From an uncultured bacterium (GTDB taxonomy: Bacteria > Macinerneyibacteriota > Macinerneyibacteria > Macinerneyibacteriales > DSCS01): DNA of 24,311 bases. Location of the stretch: NCBI GenBank assembly GCA_964548195.1, contig CAZJQC010000021.1:1-24311 (forward strand). Direction: 5' to 3'. Made by a program: the position numbers and the translations under genes. The stretch's first letter is position 1, and each line of letters starts with the position of its first letter. Below, in pieces: positions 7,681 to 14,309 of this stretch. A model generated the notes under the pieces. That model searched no databases, was not told the DNA's origin, and worked only from the letters and a program-made list of their open reading frames with translations.

Positions 7681-8366
7681 TGCCGGCCTTTGCCTTCCGT
7701 GATCTTCAAAAAAGCCTTTTCGGCGGCCATGCTCTCGGCTATTTTCTTGCTGCCGCCCTCGCCGCGGGAAATGATGTTTCCGTCCACGATGCATTCGATA
7801 ACGAATACCTTATCGTGATCCGGGCCGGTTTCTCCTATGACTCTGTATTCGGGGAGTTCAGAACCTGTCTTTTGGACATATTCCTGGAGCTCGGACTTAT
7901 AATCCGTATATTGGCCCTCGAATATGCGGGCCATAAAGGGCTGCCAGAGCCTTTCTATGAAATCGGACGCCTCTTTCAGCCCCTTATCCAGATACAACGC
8001 TCCGATAACGGCTTCCAGCACATTTGCCTTCAGATTTCTTTTTTTGGAATCTCTCGCGGATTCTTCGCTTTTTCCGAGATAAACGTATTTCGTAAGGGAC
8101 AGAGTATCAGCGATATCGGCCATGATATCGCGTCCCACCGCTATGCTTTTGATCTTTGCCATGCGCCCTTCGGAGAGCGACGTGGTCCTGTAAAGATAAT
8201 ATGTGATGACCAGCCCCACGACGGAGTCGCCGAGAAACTCAAGACGTTCGTTGTTTCCGCTGCTGCCGGTGGTGACTGAGCGATGCGTCAGGGCCCTTTT
8301 GATCAGGCCCTGATCGTTGAAACGTATATTCTGGTCGTTTTGAAAGCGTGTTTCCCTATTCTTCAT
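7677..8366 (-). CDS. rnc: Ribonuclease III
   Basis: ALTHRS, signature [19 protein letters not shown], and a C-terminal dsRBD ([21 protein letters not shown]). Confidence 0.96.
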   Translation of the reverse strand: MKNRETRFQNDQNIRFNDQGLIKRALTHRSVTTGSSGNNERLEFLGDSVVGLVITYYLYRTTSLSEGRMAKIKSIAVGRDIMADIADTLSLTKYVYLGKSEESARDSKKRNLKANVLEAVIGALYLDKGLKEASDFIERLWQPFMARIFEGQYTDYKSELQEYVQKTGSELPEYRVIGETGPDHDKVFVIECIVDGNIISRGEGGSKKIAESMAAEKAFLKITEGKGRQ

Positions 8367-9597
8367 ATTTTTTCATCAGAAGCACTGCATTATGCCCGCC
8401 GAAACCGAATGAGTTGCTGAGGGCATATTTTATATCCGCCTTGACGGATTTATGGGGCACATAATCAAGATCGCATTCGGGATCGGGTGCATCAAGGTTG
8501 AGTGTCGGATGAAGCATTCCTTTTTCAAGTGACAGGGCGGTAACGATGGCCTCGACGCCTCCCGCGGCACCGAGCAGATGTCCCGTCATTGATTTTGTGG
8601 AATTTATTCTGATGTCTTTTACATGTTCTCCGAAAACGGTCTTTATCGCTCTGGTCTCTATGACGTCATTAAGCTGAGTCGACGTTCCGTGAGCATTGAT
8701 ATAATCGACATCGTCGGGGCTGATGCCGGCGTCATTGATGGCCATTCTCATGGCTCTTGCGGCGCCGTCCCCAGTGTCCTGAGGCGCGGTGATATGGTAT
8801 GCGTCGCCTGAGGCGCCGTACCCTATCAGTTCCGCGTATATATGGGCGTTTCTCGCCTTTGCGTGTTCATATTCCTCAATAACGAGTATGCCCGCCCCTT
8901 CGCCGACGACGAAGCCGTCTCTGTCCTTATCGAAAGGACGCGACGCTCTTTGAGGTTCGTCATTGCGTGTGGAAAGAGCCTTCATGGCTGTGAATCCGGA
9001 GACGCCCATGGGTATCACGGGAGCTTCGGCTCCGCCTGTTATGGCGGCCAATGCATCGCCGCGTTGTATGGTCTTGAATGCCTCACCTATGGAGTTGGTA
9101 CCGGTGGCACAGGCGGTGACCACGCAAAAATTGGGGCCTTTCGCGCCTGTTTTAATTGATATATATCCGGCGAGCATATCGGGTATCATCATGGGTATAA
9201 AGAAGGGGGATACCCTTCTGGGCCCTTTTTCCACAAGCACAGAATGCTGCTGGCAGAGTGTATCCATTCCCCCGATGCCGGACCCGACTATAACGGCGGT
9301 CTTATCGGCCGTATTTCCATCTATCTGCAATCCGGAATCTTCAACGGCTTTGAGAGCCGCGACGAGTCCGTACTGGATGAACTGATCCATCCTGCGTGCT
9401 TCTTTCGGATCGATATAACCTTCGAATGAGAAATCATTCACAAGTCCGGCTATTTTGGAGGCGTATTCCTCCGTATCGAACCTGTCTATGGTGCGCACAC
9501 CTGATTTGCCTGCACACAAATTTTCCCACATCTCGTTTATATCGCAACCAACTGGAGTAACAGCGCCAATTCCTGTTATCACTACTCTTTTTTTCAT
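8356..9597 (-). CDS. fabF: 3-oxoacyl-ACP synthase II
   Basis: [14 protein letters not shown] (catalytic Cys), [15 protein letters not shown] and [10 protein letters not shown]. Follows acpP. Confidence 0.97.
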   Translation of the reverse strand: MKKRVVITGIGAVTPVGCDINEMWENLCAGKSGVRTIDRFDTEEYASKIAGLVNDFSFEGYIDPKEARRMDQFIQYGLVAALKAVEDSGLQIDGNTADKTAVIVGSGIGGMDTLCQQHSVLVEKGPRRVSPFFIPMMIPDMLAGYISIKTGAKGPNFCVVTACATGTNSIGEAFKTIQRGDALAAITGGAEAPVIPMGVSGFTAMKALSTRNDEPQRASRPFDKDRDGFVVGEGAGILVIEEYEHAKARNAHIYAELIGYGASGDAYHITAPQDTGDGAARAMRMAINDAGISPDDVDYINAHGTSTQLNDVIETRAIKTVFGEHVKDIRINSTKSMTGHLLGAAGGVEAIVTALSLEKGMLHPTLNLDAPDPECDLDYVPHKSVKADIKYALSNSFGFGGHNAVLLMKKYEE

Positions 9598-9628
9598 AAC
9601 ATTAATCCTCCGTTACACGGCATTGGTG

Positions 9629-9655
9629 ACAAAGGAGCCGGAACGGCTCCTTTGT
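9629..9655 (-). terminator. Hairpin after acpP (partial terminator or mRNA stabiliser)
   Basis: Perfect 12-bp inverted repeat ACAAAGGAGCCG-gaa-CGGCTCCTTTGT between acpP and fabF, with only a short U run on the minus strand. Confidence 0.65.
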
Positions 9656-9665
9656 TTGTGTGAGA

Positions 9666-9902
9666 TTATTTGCATTTTTCGATATATTCTACTGCATCCG
9701 TCACTGTTTTGAGTTTTTCGGCGTCTTCATCTTCGATCTTGATTCCAAACTCATCTTCCAGCGCCAACACGAGTTCCATGGTATCGAGCGAGTCGGCACC
9801 AAGATCATCAATGAAAGAAGCATTATCTGACACTTCTGATTCTTCTTTTCCCAACTGGCTGGCCACGATCTCTTTTACTTTCTTCAGTATTTCTGCGTTC
9901 AT
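9666..9902 (-). CDS. acpP: Acyl carrier protein
   Basis: 78 aa, acidic, with the DLGADSLD phosphopantetheine site. SD AGGAGGT. Confidence 0.97.
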   Translation of the reverse strand: MNAEILKKVKEIVASQLGKEESEVSDNASFIDDLGADSLDTMELVLALEDEFGIKIEDEDAEKLKTVTDAVEYIEKCK

Positions 9903-9924
9903 TATCTACACCTCCTTGTAAGAT

Positions 9925-10668
9925 TTACATTACCATGCCGCCGTCCACGTTCACAACCTGGCCGGTCACATAAGAAGCAAGTTCTGACGAAAGAAACAAC
10001 ACTATATTCGCCACATCCTCCGGCGTTCCCATGCGTTTCATGGGGATACTCCGAAGGAAATCTTCTTTCACATTGTCATCAAGCACACCGGTCATCTCGG
10101 TCTCAATGAAACCGGGCGCCACTGCGTTTGATGTGATACTGCGTTGTCCGTACTCTTTTGCGATGCTTTTTGTAAAACCGAGCAGTCCCGCTTTTGAAGC
10201 GGAATAATTTGCCTGTCCGGCGTTACCGATAAGCCCCACCACTGACGAGATGTTTATTATTCTGCCGAAACGGTTTCTCGCCATATCCCTTATGACTGCT
10301 TTTGTCATATTAAAAGCGCCGGTAAGGTTTACGTCGAGCACCTTCTGCCATTTGGAGGCATCCATCCTCATAAAGAGCGTGTCCTGTGTTATACCGGCAT
10401 TATTGACCAGTATATCCACACGGCCGAACTCGCCGGCCACTGCTTTCACGGCCTCTTCGGCCGAAGTCCCGGACGTCACGTCGCATTCCACGCCGAAGCA
10501 TGCAAAGCCCGCGCCTTTGAATTCCGAAACGGTCTCAGTCACATTTTCCATATTTATATCGGCAATGCCCACATTGGCGCCGGCCTGAGCCAGACGCAAG
10601 GCGATTGCTTTGCCGATGCCGCGGGCTCCGCCCGTGACAAGTGCGGTTTTTCCGGAAAGATCAGTCAT
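9925..10668 (-). CDS. fabG: 3-oxoacyl-ACP reductase
   Basis: TGGARGIG, VNNAGIT, NYSASK and VDGG. Start moved from 10788 to ATG 10668 (TGATG overlap with the fabD stop, GGAGG 7 nt upstream). Confidence 0.96.
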   Translation of the reverse strand: MTDLSGKTALVTGGARGIGKAIALRLAQAGANVGIADINMENVTETVSEFKGAGFACFGVECDVTSGTSAEEAVKAVAGEFGRVDILVNNAGITQDTLFMRMDASKWQKVLDVNLTGAFNMTKAVIRDMARNRFGRIINISSVVGLIGNAGQANYSASKAGLLGFTKSIAKEYGQRSITSNAVAPGFIETEMTGVLDDNVKEDFLRSIPMKRMGTPEDVANIVLFLSSELASYVTGQVVNVDGGMVM

Positions 10669-11585
10669 CACAGAACCTCCAGTACCTTTTCCAGTCCATC
10701 GACGGTGTCGGTGGAATATGATGCAAGCTCTCTTGATATCCTCTTGGCAAGTCCTGTAAGCACGTTTTTGGGGCCGCATTCGACGCACATCTCAAGTCCG
10801 TCATTGATCATGAACTCCATGCCGTGAAGCCATTTTACGGGCGAACTGACCTGTTCAATAAGATATTGTTTTATGGTCTCCGGTTCCGAAACGGGTTCGC
10901 CGGAGACATTCATGACCACCGGTATAACGGGGGCCGAGAACTTTTTGTCACTTATAAGAGACGCCAGTTTCGCGCCGCTTTTTTTCATAAGCCTTGAATG
11001 GAAGGCGCCTGATACGTTGAGCTGAACCGCGCGTTTCGCGCCTGCCGCCTTACATGCTTCCATAACGGTGTGCACATTGGCCACCCTTCCGGAAACGACC
11101 AGCTGCTGAGGCGAGTTGAAGTTTGCCATATCGGCGTCATTCTCATCGCATATCTCCTGGACTTTTGCTATATCCAGTCCGATGATTGCCGCCATGGTGC
11201 CGGGTTCAAGTTTACCGGCTCTGGCCATCAGCGCGCCGCGCTCGGCGACGATCTCCATCGCATCCTCGAAGCTGATTACTCCGGACGCCGCCAGGGCGGC
11301 GTATTCGCCCAGACTGTGGCCGGATGTATAATCGAAATCCGCCTTGTCATGGCCGCGAAGCAATTCAAAGATGGCATAATCCATGGCAAGAAGGGCCGGC
11401 TGAGCGTTTTCAGTCCCGGTCAGCTCCAGATCGGAGCCTTCGAACATTATGGACGTAAGTTTTCTTCCGAGGACGTCATCGGCTCTCTCCAGTATCTCTC
11501 TGAAGACGGGGTATTTGTCATAAAGATCCTTGCCCATGCCCACGTATTGCGAGCCCTGTCCCGAAAACAATGCGGCTTTTTTCAT
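10668..11585 (-). CDS. fabD: Malonyl-CoA:ACP transacylase
   Basis: FSGQGSQ..GMG, GHSLGEY, GAFHS and E.GP. Confidence 0.96.
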   Translation of the reverse strand: MKKAALFSGQGSQYVGMGKDLYDKYPVFREILERADDVLGRKLTSIMFEGSDLELTGTENAQPALLAMDYAIFELLRGHDKADFDYTSGHSLGEYAALAASGVISFEDAMEIVAERGALMARAGKLEPGTMAAIIGLDIAKVQEICDENDADMANFNSPQQLVVSGRVANVHTVMEACKAAGAKRAVQLNVSGAFHSRLMKKSGAKLASLISDKKFSAPVIPVVMNVSGEPVSEPETIKQYLIEQVSSPVKWLHGMEFMINDGLEMCVECGPKNVLTGLAKRISRELASYSTDTVDGLEKVLEVL

Positions 11586-11586
11586 G

Positions 11587-12573
11587 CTACCACCTAACCA
11601 CCGTTGCGCCCCAGGTCAGTCCGCCTCCGAAAGCGACCATCAACACATTGTCGCCTTTCTTTATGCGTCCTTCCCTGTTGGCCTCGTTAAGGGCAATGGG
11701 TATTGTAGCGGCCGATGTATTCGCGTATTTATTTACGGTTATGACCACTTTGTCATAATCGACTTTAAGTCTTTTTGCAAGGGCATCGATGATCCTGATG
11801 TTGGCCTGATGCGGTATGACGAGGTCCAGGTCTTCTTCCTTTATGCCGGCGAGTTTCACGGCTTCGACCGAAGCCGATTTCATGACCCGTACAGCCTGTT
11901 TAAACGTCTCCTGGCCTTCCATCTTGATAAAATGCATGCCTTTGTCGATGGTCTCATGAGTGGCGGGATTAAGCGTGCCTTCAGCCTCTTTCACGAGCAG
12001 ATTGCCGAATTTTCCGTCTGCTCCCAGATAGGAGGAGAGTATGCCGCTTTCGTCTCCGGCCTCAGCGGCCTGTACGATAACGGACCCGGCGCCGTCCCCG
12101 AAAAGGACGCAGGTGCTTCTGTCGTTCCAGTCGGTTATCTTGGTAAGTTCTTCCACCGCGATAACGGCTATGGTCTTGTACATCCCGGACTCAATAAAGG
12201 ATCTGGCAAGAGACAGCCCGTACATGAACCCGGAACATGCTGCCGAAATATCCAAAGCGGGTATATCGGAGATGCCCAGACGCTTCTGCACCCAGCAGGC
12301 TGTCGAAGGGAACATGGTATCGGGAGTAACGGTGGCCAGGATGATAAAATCCAGGTCACTCTTGTCCATGCCTATGGAATCCAGAGCATCCGTGAGGGCG
12401 CCGGCGGCCAGAGCCGAACTGGGCTGGTCCTTCGCCGAAATACGCCTTTCGGATATACCGGTGCGCGTCCTTATCCATTCATCGGTCGTGTCGACCATCT
12501 TTTCAAGATCAAAGTTGGTCACAACCTTTTCCGGCAGACACGAACCGGTAGCTATAATCTTTGCCATCGGCAT
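11587..12573 (-). CDS. fabH: 3-oxoacyl-ACP synthase III
   Basis: RTGI.ERR, AACSGF (Cys), HQAN (His), NTSAA (Asn) and FGGGLTWG. Start probably ATG 12573, one base after the rpmF stop; 12567 is an alternative. Confidence 0.96.
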   Translation of the reverse strand: MPMAKIIATGSCLPEKVVTNFDLEKMVDTTDEWIRTRTGISERRISAKDQPSSALAAGALTDALDSIGMDKSDLDFIILATVTPDTMFPSTACWVQKRLGISDIPALDISAACSGFMYGLSLARSFIESGMYKTIAVIAVEELTKITDWNDRSTCVLFGDGAGSVIVQAAEAGDESGILSSYLGADGKFGNLLVKEAEGTLNPATHETIDKGMHFIKMEGQETFKQAVRVMKSASVEAVKLAGIKEEDLDLVIPHQANIRIIDALAKRLKVDYDKVVITVNKYANTSAATIPIALNEANREGRIKKGDNVLMVAFGGGLTWGATVVRW

Positions 12574-12574
12574 A

Positions 12575-12754
12575 TTATTCACCGGTCTGTATTATCTGTT
12601 TGCCTTTATACATTCCGCACTCGGGACAAACCACATGCGGTTTTTTCAGAGAACCGCAATTGTCGCATTTCACCAGTGTGGGCGCGAACAACTTCCAATG
12701 GGTTCTTCTTTTATGTTTTCTCTGTTTCGATATTTTTCTCTTAGGCAATGCCAT
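12575..12754 (-). CDS. rpmF: 50S ribosomal protein L32 (Zn-ribbon form), missing from the ORF track
   Basis: Translated by hand: MALPKRKISKQRKHKRRTHWKLFAPTLVKCDNCGSLKKPHVVCPECGMYKGKQIIQTGE (59 aa). SD GGAGGTG. Canonical position after yceD. Confidence 0.96.
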   Translation of the reverse strand: MALPKRKISKQRKHKRRTHWKLFAPTLVKCDNCGSLKKPHVVCPECGMYKGKQIIQTGE

Positions 12755-12756
12755 AT

Positions 12757-13266
12757 CTACTCACCTCCGTATAATTGTTCCTTAATCGCACTCAAATCAG
12801 TCATTGCGGGATTAATCGGCTCACACGAGCATTCGCATCTTCCGCTGTTAAGGTTCATCCCGCATTTTGGACATATTCCTTTGCATCCCGCGCCGCAAAG
12901 CGGTTTGGACGGCAGGTCCAGCAACACTTCTCCCCTGATAAGCTCGGTCAGATCGACATGATCGTCATCATAATAGATGACATCAAGCTCTTCCCTCTCA
13001 AGCTCAGATTCCTTTGCCGTCTCTACGGGTCTTTTACGAAAGACCAGCCTGAACGCGATCTCAAAAACCTGCTGAAACGGTTCAAGGCATTTTGAACAGA
13101 CGAGGCTGTAGCTTCCCTTCAGTGATCCCGAGGCTTCATATCCGCCCGATAAGCGCCACACCGTGACCGCGGCCGAAACATCGCCATTCACTTCGGGGAT
13201 GTCCAGGGCTATGTCTTCCTCATAAACCGTGGACTCTTTTTTCACAGTCCTCAAATCAATTCTCAT
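12757..13266 (-). CDS. yceD: YceD/DUF177 family protein
   Basis: C-x2-C (CSKCL), DL...I...VLL.LP.KPLC...CKG.C..CG.NLN...C.C, directly upstream of rpmF. Confidence 0.9.
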   Translation of the reverse strand: MRIDLRTVKKESTVYEEDIALDIPEVNGDVSAAVTVWRLSGGYEASGSLKGSYSLVCSKCLEPFQQVFEIAFRLVFRKRPVETAKESELEREELDVIYYDDDHVDLTELIRGEVLLDLPSKPLCGAGCKGICPKCGMNLNSGRCECSCEPINPAMTDLSAIKEQLYGGE

Positions 13267-13273
13267 AGGGAAA

Positions 13274-13302
13274 AGACTATATAATCACACTATGATTGTC
13301 AA
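13274..13302 (-). promoter_or_regulatory. Sigma70 promoter of the yceD-rpmF-fab operon, probably leaderless
   Basis: Minus strand TTGACA(13302-13297)-N17-TAGTCT(13279-13274)-N7-ATG(13266). The intervening TTTCCCT contains no SD. Confidence 0.7.
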
Positions 13303-13354
13303 GCGAAAAGTGCCGCTCTCAGTAAAAAAATGAATCTCGTTCGGCTTTGCATGC

Positions 13355-13393
13355 TGTAGTGTTTTTTTACAACATGTTGACTATTTCGCAACA
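13355..13393. promoter_or_regulatory. Putative enhancer (UAS) dyads for a sigma54 activator
   Basis: TGTA-N9-TACA (13355-13371) next to TGTTG-N9-CAACA (13375-13393), about 50-90 bp upstream of the -24 element. Confidence 0.4.
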
Positions 13394-13442
13394 TAAATCA
13401 ACAATCGATTTTGTAACTTGCTTATATAACGCATTTTCTGTA

Positions 13443-13459
13443 TTGGCATGGATAGTGCT
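13443..13459 (+). promoter_or_regulatory. Sigma54 (RpoN) -24/-12 promoter
   Basis: TTGGCATGGATAGTGCT: GG(13445-6)-N10-GC(13457-8), close to the consensus TGGCAY-N5-TTGCW. Followed by GGAGG (13476-80) and ATG 13486. Confidence 0.72.
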
Positions 13460-13485
13460 AAATACTATATTGAACGGAGGTCATT

Positions 13486-14241
13486 ATGATAAAGGACTAT
13501 TTTAAGGATGTATCGACCAAAAGTGAGATAACGTTTGACGAATTAAAAAGTATTCTTATAAATTCCGAGGATGATCTGAGATACAACAAGGTCGTCGAAT
13601 CAAACCTGAAGCTTGTGATATCGATTGCCAAGAAGTACATCAAAAGCGGGATATCCTTTGAGGACCTTATACAGGAGGGGAATATCGGGCTGATCAAGGC
13701 TTCGAAAAAATTCGACCCTTCACTGGGATACAAGTTTTCAACGTATTCATGCTGGTGGATACGGAACCAGATCGAAAGAGCCATTTACAACAAAAAGAAC
13801 CTGATCAGAGTGCCTTTGAACAAGATGCACAATTATTTCAAATACAAATACACCAACAGGGATCTTACCGACATTGAACAGAAAAAAGCCGACAAACTCG
13901 AGCAGGAGATACCAAACTCCTTCTACTCGCTGGACTCGCCCATCAAGAACAAAAACGACTACTCCATGCTGGGCGACATACTGACGCTCAATGACGACGA
14001 ATCGCCCGAGGACACCATGATGCGGGAAGAGGCCTCGAATATTATAAACAAGGCCGTGGAAGCCCTTCCTCAGAAAAAGAAATTCATCATCAAGTACCGG
14101 TTCGGATTTGTCGACGGCGAAAAACATTCGCTGAAGGAAACAGGAGACCTGCTGGGCATATCGTCGGAAGCCGTTCGTCAGAACGAGATCACCGCGTTCA
14201 GGCTGCTGCGCGAACAGCTGAGCGAGACCGACTGTTATTAA
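13486..14241 (+). CDS. Alternative sigma70-family factor, RpoD/RpoS-like, lacking region 1.1
   Basis: Region 2 (SNLKLVISIAKKY, DLIQEGNIGL, KFDP..GYKFSTY..WWIR), IRVP, SLDSPI, and region 4 (RFG...SLKETG..LG.S.E.VRQ). 251 aa. Confidence 0.92.
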   Translation: MIKDYFKDVSTKSEITFDELKSILINSEDDLRYNKVVESNLKLVISIAKKYIKSGISFEDLIQEGNIGLIKASKKFDPSLGYKFSTYSCWWIRNQIERAIYNKKNLIRVPLNKMHNYFKYKYTNRDLTDIEQKKADKLEQEIPNSFYSLDSPIKNKNDYSMLGDILTLNDDESPEDTMMREEASNIINKAVEALPQKKKFIIKYRFGFVDGEKHSLKETGDLLGISSEAVRQNEITAFRLLREQLSETDCY

Positions 14242-14259
14242 AAGAAATATCGTCATTAT

Positions 14260-14295
14260 AAAAAAAGGGGGCGTTTTTAACGCCCCCTTTTTTTT
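14260..14295. terminator. Bidirectional intrinsic terminator between the sigma factor and ppiD-like genes
   Basis: A7-GGGGGCGTT-ttt-AACGCCCCC-T8, lying between convergent stop codons. Confidence 0.92.
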
Positions 14296-14309
14296 ATCAC
14301 TTTATACCG

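Noticed and set aside
8010..8030. RNase III second acidic motif reads ANVLEA (Asn at the E. coli D114 position)
   Set aside because: The key residues of ERLEFLGD and the E117 equivalent are intact, and to my knowledge Asn at this position is a common natural variant.
11530..12961. Long plus-strand ORFs (404 aa and 306 aa) opposite fabH, rpmF and yceD
   Set aside because: Antisense shadows of highly conserved genes, with no recognisable motifs or expression signals.
13394..13430. IHF site between the UAS dyads and the sigma54 promoter
   Set aside because: Only partial matches to WATCAR-N4-TTR (for example AATCAAcaatCGA) in an AT-rich stretch; too weak to call.
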